Positions 17,864 to 27,734 of a DNA stretch of 64,000 bases are shown piece after piece. Source of the DNA: Candidatus Saccharimonadota bacterium (GTDB lineage: Bacteria > Patescibacteriota > Saccharimonadia > Saccharimonadales > HK-STAS-PATE-42); contig DAISWL010000002.1 of NCBI GenBank assembly GCA_036826375.1, positions 107,499 to 171,498 of the forward strand, in the 5' to 3' direction. A program made the translations under genes and the position numbers. The notes under the pieces are model-generated. The model saw only the letters and a program-made list of their open reading frames with translations, searched no databases and was not told the DNA's origin. The number at the start of each line of letters is the position of its first letter. The stretch's first letter is position 1.

Positions 17864-17948
17864 TGCCCAATACTAGGACGACAGTACAACCAACAACAAA
17901 CCGACAGAAAAAACTAACTTTGGACTGAAAAATTTGAGAACAGAATAA

Positions 17949-20900
17949 ATGACATTAGATCAATACATTGACAACATAAATAAACGATATAAACTTGGTA
18001 ATGCGACCGAGCATAGTTTTCGTGGCGACCTGCAACAGCTTTTAGAAAGTTTTGTACCTGACATTAGGGCGACCAATGAACCCAAAAGACAATCTTGCGG
18101 AGCACCCGACTACATTCTGACAAAAAAAGAAATCCCAGTAGGTTTTATTGAAGCAAAGGACATTGGCGACAAAGACCTTGAAGGAGCAAAGAAAACAGGA
18201 AACAAAGAACAATTCGACCGTTATAAGGCTTCGCTAAATAATTTAATTTTTACCGACTATTTAGACTTCCATTTATACATTGACGGAATTTTTATTACAA
18301 AAATTGCCATTGCTGAAATACAAAATGGAACCATCGTTCCATTGCCTAACAACTTCGCTACTTTTACAAATCTCATCAAAGACTTTGCTTCACATGTTGG
18401 GCAAACCATAAAAAGTTCAAAAAAACTGGCAGAAATGATGGCGGGCAAAGCCCGCCTGCTTTCTGATATTATTGGCAAAGCTTTGACAAGTGATGAAACA
18501 AATCACGAAGACAGTACATTGAAAGACCAAATGTTGGCTTTCAAACAAATTTTGATTCACGACATTACACCTAAAGGATTTGCAGATGTTTACGCCCAAA
18601 CTATTGCTTATGGTATGTTTGCGGCTCGTTTGCACGACCCAACTTTGCCAACTTTTAGCAGACAAGAAGCCGCTGAATTGATTCCAAAATCAAATCCGTT
18701 TTTGAGAAAACTGTTTGGTTACATTGCTGGACCTGACATTGACGACCGTATTAAATGGATTGTAGATAGTTTGGTTGAAATATTTTTAGCGTGTAACGTT
18801 GAAGAAATTTTAAAGAATTACGGGAAATCTACTAAAATGGAAGACCCAATTATCCATTTTTACGAAACTTTTCTTAGTGAATACGACCCTAAATTGCGAA
18901 AGGCTCGAGGCGTTTGGTACACACCTCAACCAGTCGTAAATTTTATAGTTCGTGCGGTTGACGACATTTTAAAAACCGAATTTGATTTGCCACAAGGTTT
19001 GGCAGACACGAGCAAAACCAAAATCAAAGTTGATGTGCAAGGTAAAAAAGTGGAACAAGAAGTTCACAAAGTACAAATTCTTGACCCAGCAACAGGAACA
19101 GGTACTTTTTTGGCAGAAGTGGTAAAACACGTTCACAAAAAATTCCAAGGACAACAAGGTATTTGGAGCAATTATGTAGAAACGCATTTATTGCCACGCT
19201 TGAATGGTTTTGAGTTGCTTATGGCGAGTTATGCAATGGCACACTTGAAATTAGATTTGCTTTTAACCGAAACAGGTTACAAACCGACAACAAATCAACG
19301 GTTCAAAGTTTACCTAACCAATAGTTTGGAAGAACATCACCAAGACACAGGAACTTTGTTCGCCAATTGGTTAAGCACCGAAGCGAACGAAGCCAACCAT
19401 CTCAAACGAGATACACCAGTAATGTGTGTAATTGGAAATCCGCCATATGCGGTAAGTAGTACGAATAAAAATGAATGGATTGATAACTTGATTTCTGATT
19501 ACAAGAAGGACTTGAACGAAAAAAGCTATAATTCTCTTTCTGATGACTATGTTAAATTCATCCGATACGGACAGCACTTCGTTGAAAAAAACGGAAGCGG
19601 TATTTTAGCATATATATCTAATAACAGTTTTATAGATGGCGTGGTATTTCGCCAAATGAGAAAATATTTGCTAGAATGTTTTGACACAATTTATATTTTA
19701 GACTTACACGGAGATTCTAAAAAGCAAGAAGTTTGCCCTGATGGTTCTGCTGATAATAATGTATTTGATATTATGCAGGGGGTTTCAATAAACATCTTTG
19801 TTAAAACAGGAAAGAAAAAGAAAAATGAATTAGGGAAAGTATTTAATTTTGATTTACAAGGAAAACGTGACTTTAAATATAATTTCTTAAATGAAAATTC
19901 TTTAAAGACTTTAAATTGGAATTCATTAAATTATTCAGCACCTAACTATTTTTTTGTGACAAAGAATTTTATAGGTGATACTGAATATCAATTAGGTTTT
20001 AAAGTTGACCAAATTTTCAATAAGTATAATAACGGCATTGAAACAGGCAAGGACAGCTTCTTTTATAATATATCAAAAAAAGTATTAATTGAAAATTTAG
20101 CTTTTGCTTTTCAAAACAAGGAAAGCAGTATAAATAAATTTGAAATAACTAATACGGATAGTTTTAAGTTCTTAGATAAATTTAATTCAGAGGAATTTAA
20201 TCAAAATAAAATTACAAATGTTTCATATCGCCCTTTTGACATTGTAGCAAGTTATTATGATGTAAAACTTCAAAGGCGTCCTGCATTTGATACAATGAGA
20301 AATATGTTACAGCCTAATTTTGGACTGCTTACGCCAAGGCAAGTTACAGACAATTTTAAGCATATTTTTATATCAAAACACCCTACCGACTGCAATTTAA
20401 CTGGAACAGCTAAGAAATTTGGTAGTGCTCCAATTTTCCCACTTTATCTTTATCCTGAAACCAACGGACAACAAACCATCGGGCAAACCGCAGAAAGAAC
20501 GCCAAACCTAAACACAGAAATTGTAAAGCAAATAGCAGATAAATTAGGTTTAACTTTCACCAACGAAAAAGAAACAACCAAAAACACTTTTGCACCAATT
20601 GACATTTTAGATTACATCTATGCAGTGTTACATTCGCCAACTTACCGAGAGAAATACAGAGAATTTTTAAAAATTGATTTTCCAAGAGTACCATACCCAA
20701 AAGACAAAGACACATTTTGGCAATTGGTAAAATTAGGTAGTGAAATCAGGCAAATTCATTTATTGGAAAGTGCAACTGTTGAGCAATACATTACACAATA
20801 CCCAATAGACGGTGACAATATTGTAACTAAACCAAAATATCAAGACGGTAAAGTTTACATAAACGACACGCAGTATTTCAACAACGTTCCGAAGACAGCT

Positions 20901-21065
20901 TGGGAGTTTTACATCGGAGGTTATCAACCAGCACAAAAATGGCTAAAAGACCGCAAAGAAAGAACACTTGAATTTGACGACATTTTGCACTATCAAAAAA
21001 TCATTGTAGCGTTGAGTGAAACAGACAGATTGATGAAAGAAATTGATAAAATTGAAATTGAATGA
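17949..21065 (+). CDS. Single-polypeptide type IIG/IIL-like restriction-modification enzyme (N-terminal PD-ExK nuclease, gamma-class N6-adenine methyltransferase, C-terminal specificity domain)
   Basis: APDY...GFIEAKD (PD...ExK), DPATGTGTFL (motif I), IGNPPYAVSS (NPPY), C-terminal AWEFYIGGYQPAQKWLKDRK (type ISP/YeeA-like C-terminal domain). Confidence 0.85.
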   Translation: MTLDQYIDNINKRYKLGNATEHSFRGDLQQLLESFVPDIRATNEPKRQSCGAPDYILTKKEIPVGFIEAKDIGDKDLEGAKKTGNKEQFDRYKASLNNLIFTDYLDFHLYIDGIFITKIAIAEIQNGTIVPLPNNFATFTNLIKDFASHVGQTIKSSKKLAEMMAGKARLLSDIIGKALTSDETNHEDSTLKDQMLAFKQILIHDITPKGFADVYAQTIAYGMFAARLHDPTLPTFSRQEAAELIPKSNPFLRKLFGYIAGPDIDDRIKWIVDSLVEIFLACNVEEILKNYGKSTKMEDPIIHFYETFLSEYDPKLRKARGVWYTPQPVVNFIVRAVDDILKTEFDLPQGLADTSKTKIKVDVQGKKVEQEVHKVQILDPATGTGTFLAEVVKHVHKKFQGQQGIWSNYVETHLLPRLNGFELLMASYAMAHLKLDLLLTETGYKPTTNQRFKVYLTNSLEEHHQDTGTLFANWLSTEANEANHLKRDTPVMCVIGNPPYAVSSTNKNEWIDNLISDYKKDLNEKSYNSLSDDYVKFIRYGQHFVEKNGSGILAYISNNSFIDGVVFRQMRKYLLECFDTIYILDLHGDSKKQEVCPDGSADNNVFDIMQGVSINIFVKTGKKKKNELGKVFNFDLQGKRDFKYNFLNENSLKTLNWNSLNYSAPNYFFVTKNFIGDTEYQLGFKVDQIFNKYNNGIETGKDSFFYNISKKVLIENLAFAFQNKESSINKFEITNTDSFKFLDKFNSEEFNQNKITNVSYRPFDIVASYYDVKLQRRPAFDTMRNMLQPNFGLLTPRQVTDNFKHIFISKHPTDCNLTGTAKKFGSAPIFPLYLYPETNGQQTIGQTAERTPNLNTEIVKQIADKLGLTFTNEKETTKNTFAPIDILDYIYAVLHSPTYREKYREFLKIDFPRVPYPKDKDTFWQLVKLGSEIRQIHLLESATVEQYITQYPIDGDNIVTKPKYQDGKVYINDTQYFNNVPKTAWEFYIGGYQPAQKWLKDRKERTLEFDDILHYQKIIVALSETDRLMKEIDKIEIE

Positions 21066-21201
21066 GAATAAACACTGGGCATAACAGCACCTACAAGAAA
21101 TTGGCGGTTCAGTGCTCCGCAGACACATTTGTGCTTAATCAAAGTTTGGTTCTCCGCATCAACATTTGTGGTGAAAATCGCCACCTTCGCCAAGCCCGAA
21201 A

Positions 21202-21369
21202 ACGTTATACAAAACTCCGCTTCGCTACGTTTTGTATAATGGGCAGGGTCGTTAAACTTAGTTATAGCTTCGCTTTCGCTTCGCATAACTAAATTCTTTC
21301 CGTAATCCTTTATCCTTGATATACTAACGTATATCGGAGTAAAGGACTCCAGAAAGACCCTGCCCATTA
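21202..21369. repeat. 168-bp structured repeat, copy 2 (upstream of the GRAM/PH gene)
   Basis: See 17696-17863. It differs at 2 positions: G/A at 17702/21208 and G/A at 17845/21351. Confidence 0.9.
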
Positions 21370-21424
21370 GCGGTCATGCTTTGACGAACGTGCAAACTTA
21401 AAACTAATCGACAAAAAATAAATA

Positions 21425-21967
21425 ATGATAGAAATTAGAAATTCAATTTTAGCTGGACTCGCATTTGGAACATTAATGGCACTTTTTTTTGCTTTTCCAT
21501 TTGGCGTTCATCACGCTTTAACTGTCGGGCCAATTTCTGGACTTTTTTTTGGGACAATCACATATTTCTTTATAACTTCTAACACAGTTAAGAAGCAAAC
21601 GCAAATTGAAAATACTGACGGTAAACCAATTATTCGTTCAGGGGGTGCAAATCACTTTATAAATGGTGAAGCAGTAGGTGGCAAACTTTATCTTCTGACA
21701 GATAAACTTCAATTTCAATCTCATAGTTTCAATTTTCAAAACCACGGACAAATTATAGACCTTAAACAAATAAAAGAAATAAGTTTTTTCAACACACTTG
21801 GACTAATTCCTAATGGACTTTCAGTTACAACGCTTGGTGGAAAATCAGAAAAATTCGTTGTTAATGGAAGAAAACTTTGGAAAGAAGAAATTGAAAAACT
21901 AAAGCAGACAGGAAATAAAATGGATGCAAATATTGAAGAACAAAACTCCGCTTCGCTCAGTGAGTAG
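21425..21967 (+). CDS. Membrane protein with a C-terminal GRAM/bacterial PH-like domain
   Basis: Two N-terminal TM helices, then GGKLYLLTDKLQFQSHSF...EISFFN...KFVVNGRKLWKEEIEKL, typical of GRAM/YokE-like PH domains. Confidence 0.55.
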   Translation: MIEIRNSILAGLAFGTLMALFFAFPFGVHHALTVGPISGLFFGTITYFFITSNTVKKQTQIENTDGKPIIRSGGANHFINGEAVGGKLYLLTDKLQFQSHSFNFQNHGQIIDLKQIKEISFFNTLGLIPNGLSVTTLGGKSEKFVVNGRKLWKEEIEKLKQTGNKMDANIEEQNSASLSE

Positions 21968-21992
21968 AGTTATTAAGCTTAATACGCCCTAG

Positions 21993-23141
21993 CTAAATCT
22001 TAAACTTAACCACCCGCTCATCTTCAAACCCAAGCTTCTTAGCAGATTTAAACTGCTTATCAATTTTTCTACCACTGAAATCTACCGCTACTGTTTTGCC
22101 TTCAGCCCTTAAACTTAGGGCATAGTTTTGAGCAGCTTCAAAATCCGCTTCGTTTTCAACCATCAAATAAATATCAGCTGAGGTATTAAGCTTGGGGGCT
22201 AGATTGTTGCTTTCCAAAAAGTTCATCAGTGTGGTATCCCCCATACCGAAGCCGATGGTTGGAATCGGGTCAACGCCGAATATTCCGACCAATCCATCAT
22301 AGCGTCCGCCGCCAAACATCGAGCGATTATTTTTGGGGTCAAGATCAAACACTTCAAACACAATATCGGTGTAATAATCAAAACCTCGAGCGATTGTTGG
22401 AACAAACCGAACATTATTTAGGCCTAAACTTTTGGCACGCTGGAGCAGTGTTTTTAATTCATTGTTCATAGTATCGCCGCTGAGGAAATCCTCAACTACC
22501 TGAGGCTCAGCTACAAGTTCGCTAAGCTTAAGGTGGAATTCATCACGCGATATTTTATCGTAAGTATCAATTAAGCGCACCACATCCGCAGCAGTTCGCT
22601 TAGGCTTAGCGGATTCAATCACTTGGTTCATTAGCTTTCTAGAATTGATTCTGATTTCAAAACTTTCTTGATTGGCCCCAAACGCCATAACTAGCTGATG
22701 CGCCATCTGTAGCATCTCAACCTCTGCTTCAAGATTTTCCACCCCAAATAAATCAACATTAAGTTGCCAGAATTCGCGAGTTCGCCCGCGTTGCATTCGC
22801 TCATACCTAAAGCAATTTGGAATGGAGAAAAGTCGGAGCGGAAAGCCGAGTTCCTGACGTCGAGCCGCTACCATTCGGCTAACGGTTGGTGTCATCTCTG
22901 GCCGGAGTGTGACCTCTCGCCCGCCACGATCAGTGAAGCTAAAGGTTTGCTCTCTGACGATCTCCTCGCTTGTTTTGCTGGTGTAGAGTTCAATGGGCTC
23001 AATTACGCTGGCATCGTATTGTTGGTAGCCAAAGCTCTGGCAGACCTGTTGCCATTTAGTGAAGATGTACTGACGCAGAGCGAAATCTTCTGGGTAGAAA
23101 TCCCTAGTGCCTTTGTATGGGTTCAAGCTTAATTTGGTCAT
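21993..23141 (-). CDS. hisS: Histidine--tRNA ligase
   Basis: GTRDFYPED, TLRPEMTPTVSRMV, FRYERMQRGRTREFWQLNVDLFG, and a C-terminal anticodon-binding domain. Confidence 0.9.
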   Translation of the reverse strand: MTKLSLNPYKGTRDFYPEDFALRQYIFTKWQQVCQSFGYQQYDASVIEPIELYTSKTSEEIVREQTFSFTDRGGREVTLRPEMTPTVSRMVAARRQELGFPLRLFSIPNCFRYERMQRGRTREFWQLNVDLFGVENLEAEVEMLQMAHQLVMAFGANQESFEIRINSRKLMNQVIESAKPKRTAADVVRLIDTYDKISRDEFHLKLSELVAEPQVVEDFLSGDTMNNELKTLLQRAKSLGLNNVRFVPTIARGFDYYTDIVFEVFDLDPKNNRSMFGGGRYDGLVGIFGVDPIPTIGFGMGDTTLMNFLESNNLAPKLNTSADIYLMVENEADFEAAQNYALSLRAEGKTVAVDFSGRKIDKQFKSAKKLGFEDERVVKFKI

Positions 23142-23236
23142 TATTCACTCCTTCTGAATTCATTGACGATTGTACTTCATTTTGCTATAGTTGTAAATGT
23201 TCACGAACAAAAGATGCCCCTTATGAAGTTCCGTCT

Positions 23237-23746
23237 TTATGAGGGCTCTTTTTTTTGTTTATGTTCTAATTTCTTGCTCAAATCTTCGACTTGCCGAATG
23301 AATGGATCGACAGATTTAATCTTAAATAAAGAAGACCATTTTTGCCGATTTGGAATTAGTAAAGCCTTAAGTTTAGTCTGCTCAATTAAATATTCCACCA
23401 AACATAAAAAGTCTCCATCGCCAGTCACAATAACTGCTTGATCAAAATTATCTTTTTCAATCATAGTATGGAGAACTAGTTCGGCATCAACGTTGCCCTT
23501 CACTCGGCCATCCTTAAGCTTAAGTGTTCTTTTGAATATGATCACATACCCTGAGCTTTGCAGTTTTTTATACAGGTTCTGATTGCCATCCACATATCCC
23601 ATAAAAAGATAAGCTGTTTTAACTGAATATTTATCTTTCAGATAGATACGGAACTTTGCCCAGTCAATCTTCCATCCCGAATCCTGTACCCCAAGGTTGA
23701 GGTTTTGAGTATCTATAAACGCGTAGTTATTTTCTTTCTTGATCAT
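23237..23746 (-). CDS. NYN/LabA-like (PIN-fold) nuclease domain protein
   Basis: YAFIDTQNL...VDAELVLHTM...AVIVTGDGDFLCLVEYL. Confidence 0.8.
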   Translation of the reverse strand: MIKKENNYAFIDTQNLNLGVQDSGWKIDWAKFRIYLKDKYSVKTAYLFMGYVDGNQNLYKKLQSSGYVIIFKRTLKLKDGRVKGNVDAELVLHTMIEKDNFDQAVIVTGDGDFLCLVEYLIEQTKLKALLIPNRQKWSSLFKIKSVDPFIRQVEDLSKKLEHKQKKEPS

Positions 23747-23884
23747 AGCTTATAGTTTAGCAGATTATAGCCTAAACTTATTTTCATTTCATTGGTATTA
23801 AACTTAATTTTTAATACCTACCCCGTGGAGCATAAGGATAATTATTGTATAGATATAGCTCTAATGCTAATATACAAATTGCTA

Positions 23885-25150
23885 ATGAAGAAACTAATTG
23901 AATATATAAAAACTAATAATGAACTTGAGCCTAGTGCCGTTTTAAGTACTTTGAATTATATTAATGAATTATGGCCAAGCCTAACGGTTAAACCTAAAGA
24001 TGTCCAACGCGATGGAACTCTTATAAAAGTGGACCGCTCTTTTTTGGCTCCCTCTGTATCTGATGGATCAAATTTTGATTTTAGCGAAATGTATTACTGG
24101 GATAGCTATTTTATGTGCATAGGCTTTATGCAACAAAAAACTCATAAACAGTTAGTTGTTGGCATTATTGATAATCTGGTTCAGATGTTCAATAAACTCC
24201 ACGTTATACCTAATGCCAATAGAACATACCTTAGTAGTCATTCACAGCCTCCGTTTATGACTACGTTTGCCCTTCAGGCTTATGAGGCTTACGGATTAAG
24301 CTTAAGCTGGCTTAAAAACGTTATAGAAACATCTGAAAGAGAATACTATAACGTGTGGGTTAATACAAAAAAACCTCATTGGCGCAATGTTTATAAAGGC
24401 TTAAGCAGATTTTACGATATAAATATGCTAAATGATATGGCGGAAGCCGAAAGTGGCTGGGATATGACTCCACGCTTTAATAGATTGGCTCTAGAATTTC
24501 TGCCCGTAGATCTCAACACGCTACTCTATAAATATGAAAAAGATTTTGCCGAGTTCTATGGTTTAGTAGGCAATCAGGAACTGGCCGATTTGTGGTCGGA
24601 AAAAGCCACCAAAAGAGCTCACACAATGCACAAATTAATGTGGAGCAAAGTTAGAAGCATGTACTTCGATTACAACTTCATTAAAAAACGAAAAGGCTTA
24701 GTAGCCAGCCTGGCTACATATTACCCTATGTGGGCCGGCATGGTCAGCCAAGATGTCGCCAGTAAGCTTAAATCGAAACTAAAAGTATTTGATTATGCTG
24801 GAGGCCTATCTGCTACCAGCGCTATCATTAAAGGCCCGAGATCATCAATCATTAGCCGTACGCCTACTCAATGGGCCTACCCCAACGGATGGGCCCCCTT
24901 ACACTATTTAACCACAGAGGGGCTAGAGAAATATGGCTATCACGATGAGGCTAAATCTATTGCCCTAAAATGGCTCAAAACTTGCACCGATTGGTACTTA
25001 AAACATGGAGAAATAATAGAAAAGTATAACGTTGCCCAACCCAATAAGTTGCCTCAAGAGGGAGTCTATCCTAATCAAGTGGGCTTCGGCTGGACAAATT
25101 CAATTTACATTTATTACGCCAATAAATACTTTCTTAATAAAGATGATTAG
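23885..25150 (+). CDS. Alpha,alpha-trehalase (GH37)
   Basis: YYWDSYF, SGWDMTPRF, QWAYPNGWAPLHY, GFGWTN. The ORF-track start at 23792 is a TTG. The ATG at 23885 (MKKLIEYIK) is more plausible. Confidence 0.85.
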   Translation: MKKLIEYIKTNNELEPSAVLSTLNYINELWPSLTVKPKDVQRDGTLIKVDRSFLAPSVSDGSNFDFSEMYYWDSYFMCIGFMQQKTHKQLVVGIIDNLVQMFNKLHVIPNANRTYLSSHSQPPFMTTFALQAYEAYGLSLSWLKNVIETSEREYYNVWVNTKKPHWRNVYKGLSRFYDINMLNDMAEAESGWDMTPRFNRLALEFLPVDLNTLLYKYEKDFAEFYGLVGNQELADLWSEKATKRAHTMHKLMWSKVRSMYFDYNFIKKRKGLVASLATYYPMWAGMVSQDVASKLKSKLKVFDYAGGLSATSAIIKGPRSSIISRTPTQWAYPNGWAPLHYLTTEGLEKYGYHDEAKSIALKWLKTCTDWYLKHGEIIEKYNVAQPNKLPQEGVYPNQVGFGWTNSIYIYYANKYFLNKDD

Positions 25151-25165
25151 CCGCATCTTTTAATC

Positions 25166-25855
25166 CTAAATTCTGTTTTTTCTAAAAGCTTTAAATGAAA
25201 AACTATCCGGATCCCGAAGTAGCTCCCTTGCAACTTGCCTGCCCATTATGCACGATACTACGGCGGAACTAGCCATAACCGCATAATTACCAGCAGTTTC
25301 TAGCCCGGCTAAAGTACCTAAAATTCCGATACATATCCCGCCCACCTCGGCGAAATTGGTTTGGGCCATCGCTTTAATTCCCGATAAAGACATACTGGTT
25401 TCTCCGCTAGCTTTCTGTCTGCGTGCATCAAAATAGTTATAGATGTTAAAGCCCGCCGCAACAGCCATTATTAGTGTATTCGGTAACCCCGGCGCTTCAA
25501 AACCTTCATTCAATAATGATCTAGCCTCCTCGGCACCTACTGCCGCAACAGCTATATGCCCAATATAGGCAGATGCTCTAATCTTTTGAGTGGCCGATTC
25601 TCTGTTTTTACTCACCTTTTCTATAAGTTTTAAAAAGTTAGATTTTCCATCAGCCCCAGTACTACATCCATAACTAGTGGCTTTGCTAATCAAAAAATCG
25701 GCGCCCTCCATTAGCATCGATGAAAAAGACATTGCACTGTGCCCAGAACACTCGGCCACTGCGCTGGCGATTATGGATCCCCCTTGAGTTAATAAGAATC
25801 TAGAACGAAGCTTATCTAGGGGTGTTCTGGGTCCGGCTCGTTCCACACTTGACAT
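25166..25855 (-). CDS. Hypothetical Gly/Ala-rich, probably membrane-associated protein
   Basis: 229-aa ORF. I recognise no family. Confidence 0.4.
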   Translation of the reverse strand: MSSVERAGPRTPLDKLRSRFLLTQGGSIIASAVAECSGHSAMSFSSMLMEGADFLISKATSYGCSTGADGKSNFLKLIEKVSKNRESATQKIRASAYIGHIAVAAVGAEEARSLLNEGFEAPGLPNTLIMAVAAGFNIYNYFDARRQKASGETSMSLSGIKAMAQTNFAEVGGICIGILGTLAGLETAGNYAVMASSAVVSCIMGRQVARELLRDPDSFSFKAFRKNRI

Positions 25856-25942
25856 ATCTATATAAATATAACATTTAAACTATACTTTTAATAATGATTA
25901 AGCTTATAATTAGCGTTTAATCATGCTATAATATTCCCTGTT

Positions 25943-26833
25943 ATGAGTATTATTGAAACCAAACAGAACAAGCATGCAGAAGAAAAAGTAATTCTATTTT
26001 TTAAGTTTATACCGTTGGCTGACCCCGAAACCGTAATGTTTTGGCAGCGCGAACTGTGCGCTAAGCTTAATCTGACTGGTAGAATTTTAGTTTCTAAGCA
26101 TGGCATTAACGGAACCCTTGGTGGTAACATCGATGACCTTAAAACCTACAAAAAAACTATGAATTCCCACCCTAAGTTTAAGGGCATTGTTTATAAATGG
26201 AGCAAGGGAGGTCGAAGCGAGTTCCCTAAACTTAAGGTTAAAGTTAAGCCAGAACTTGTTGCTTTTGAAGCCAGCGATGAAGTGGAACTTAACGAAAATG
26301 GCGGAGTCAAAAACGGCGGGGAGCATCTGCGCCCCGAGCAAGTTCACGATTTAGTAGAAAAATACGGCGATGACGTCATCTTTTATGACGGCAGAAATGC
26401 TTACGAAGCCCGCATTGGTCGCTTCAAAAACACCGTTATTCCTAATGTTGAAACTAGCCGTGATTTTCTTAAAGATATTGAAAGCGGTGAAATCTCTAAA
26501 CTTAAAGATAAACACATCATAACTTATTGCACAGGCGGAATTAGATGTGAAATTCTTTCAGTTTTAATGAAAAACCGTGGCTACAAACATATCTATCAAA
26601 TTAAAGATGGAATAGTAAAATACGGCGAAACCTTTGGCGATGAAGGCCTGTGGGAAGGTAAGCTTTTTGTGTTTGATGACAGAATGCAGATGGGATTCAC
26701 CGATAAGGCTAAAGATATCGCTGAGTGTGAAACTTGCGGAGCCAAAACTTCACGCCAAATTAATATTGAAGATATCCGCCGTAAACTTAAGATAGAATGC
26801 GAAAAGTGTGCGGAAGCAAAAGTTAAAGCTTAA
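25943..26833 (+). CDS. trhO: Rhodanese-domain protein of the YceA/TrhO (UPF0176) family with C-terminal Cys cluster
   Basis: N-terminal ILFFKFIPLADPE...GRILVSKHGINGTLGG and a rhodanese loop YCTGGIRCE. Confidence 0.8.
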   Translation: MSIIETKQNKHAEEKVILFFKFIPLADPETVMFWQRELCAKLNLTGRILVSKHGINGTLGGNIDDLKTYKKTMNSHPKFKGIVYKWSKGGRSEFPKLKVKVKPELVAFEASDEVELNENGGVKNGGEHLRPEQVHDLVEKYGDDVIFYDGRNAYEARIGRFKNTVIPNVETSRDFLKDIESGEISKLKDKHIITYCTGGIRCEILSVLMKNRGYKHIYQIKDGIVKYGETFGDEGLWEGKLFVFDDRMQMGFTDKAKDIAECETCGAKTSRQINIEDIRRKLKIECEKCAEAKVKA

Positions 26834-27121
26834 GCTTAAGTGGTCAAACCAGGCTTTAATAGATGCTGGCTTTGCGAAAGAGCTACTAATACCGTTTAGC
26901 CAATCCGAATTAAGTCAGATTATTAGGGCTTACTGATTTTAATAACCACACAAGGAATTAGACAAACATACAGCGTCTTTTTCTTCTGGTCATAAAACGC
27001 CCCAACCCACATATCGTACCAGGCTAGAAAAATCTTGATTCTCATAATTATATTTATAGCACAGAAAAAGATATATCCAGAATTACCTATATACTAAGTA
27101 CCATATACGATATACTAATAC

Positions 27122-27223
27122 CATGAATGACGATCTAACCCAAAAAGCCCTAGTGATACACAAAAAATTTGGAGGTAAAATCAGCATTAAGCTTAATGCT
27201 GGGTATAAAATCGTGCTAGAATA
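27122..27223 (+). pseudogene. Duplicated, diverged 5' fragment of the malic enzyme gene (33-codon ORF)
   Basis: MNDDLTQKALVIHKKFGGKISIKLN... against MNDDLTQQALAIHKKYKGKISIKLK... at 27735. About 65 of 76 nt are identical by eye. It stops 5 nt before the toxin ATG. Confidence 0.6.
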
Positions 27224-27228
27224 AAGCC

Positions 27229-27675
27229 ATGCCCAAAACTCAACATATTAAAGATTTTGACCTATGGAATACACAAAAAAAGCTTCTTAGCGAAACAGAA
27301 ACATCTCCATTCTTCAAAGAAAGGCAAGTTTGGTTTTGCAGCCTAGGAGTTAACATCGGATATGAAGAAGATGGTAAGGGGATCCGACACGAAAGGCCGG
27401 TGCTGGTAGCTAAAAAATTTAATAATTCAATCTTTTTAGCCCTACCACTTTCTACTAAGCTTAAGCCGAATAATAAGTTCTATTACAAAACTAGTGTTAA
27501 AAACAGAGATGTTTCAGTGCTAATTTCTCAAATAAGAATACTAGACGCCAAAAGGTTGAAAAGAAAGGTTTGCTTTATAGAAAAAAGTGAATTCAATGGA
27601 ATATTAGATCAAATTACCGAGGTGAACTTTAAAAATAGAACGGACCCCACAAAAGTGAGGTCCTCGGAGCCCTAA
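27229..27675 (+). CDS. PemK/MazF-family toxin-like protein (long N-terminal form), with no recognisable antitoxin
   Basis: FKERQVWFCSLGVNIGYEEDGKG..ERPVLVAKKF...ALPLSTKLK...ISQIRILDAKRL matches the extended PemK-like pattern recalled from Firmicutes homologues. Confidence 0.65.
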   Translation: MPKTQHIKDFDLWNTQKKLLSETETSPFFKERQVWFCSLGVNIGYEEDGKGIRHERPVLVAKKFNNSIFLALPLSTKLKPNNKFYYKTSVKNRDVSVLISQIRILDAKRLKRKVCFIEKSEFNGILDQITEVNFKNRTDPTKVRSSEP

Positions 27676-27734
27676 GGCGTTTGTACTATACACAGTAGCA
27701 TAGCTTAATATAAATATCAATAAGGAGTATAACG

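Larger units (their letters stand above)
17441..21957. mobile_element. Putative foreign insertion or cassette array carrying a type IIG restriction-modification enzyme and a GRAM/PH membrane protein (left boundary approximate)
   Basis: No TAAGCTTA between 17252 and 21975. It is delimited and subdivided by three copies of CAAAACTCCGCTTCGCT (17703, 21209, 21941). Native-looking sequence with the motif resumes at 21975. Confidence 0.5.

Noticed and set aside
17649-17870. A 73-aa minus-strand ORF, and its 124-aa counterpart at 20993-21367, share MGRVF.ESFTPIYVSISRIKDYGKNLVMRSESEAITKFNDPAHYTKRSEAEFCIT.
   Set aside because: The shared peptide is simply the translation of the 168-bp structured repeat. 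The ORFs diverge as soon as the repeat ends. The DNA is full of hairpins, and one substitution preserves pairing on the opposite (plus) strand. I treat them as non-coding.
23216-23255. A hairpin plus T-run near the NYN gene stop, considered as a terminator.
   Set aside because: The T-run is on the plus strand, where no gene ends, and it overlaps the NYN coding sequence (KQKKEPS). On the minus strand the stem has two C-A mismatches. It remains ambiguous.
23792-23884. An N-terminal extension of the trehalase ORF starting from a TTG codon.
   Set aside because: The extension is hydrophobic and low-complexity with no ribosome-binding site. The ATG at 23885 gives a product that aligns better with the GH37 N-terminus.
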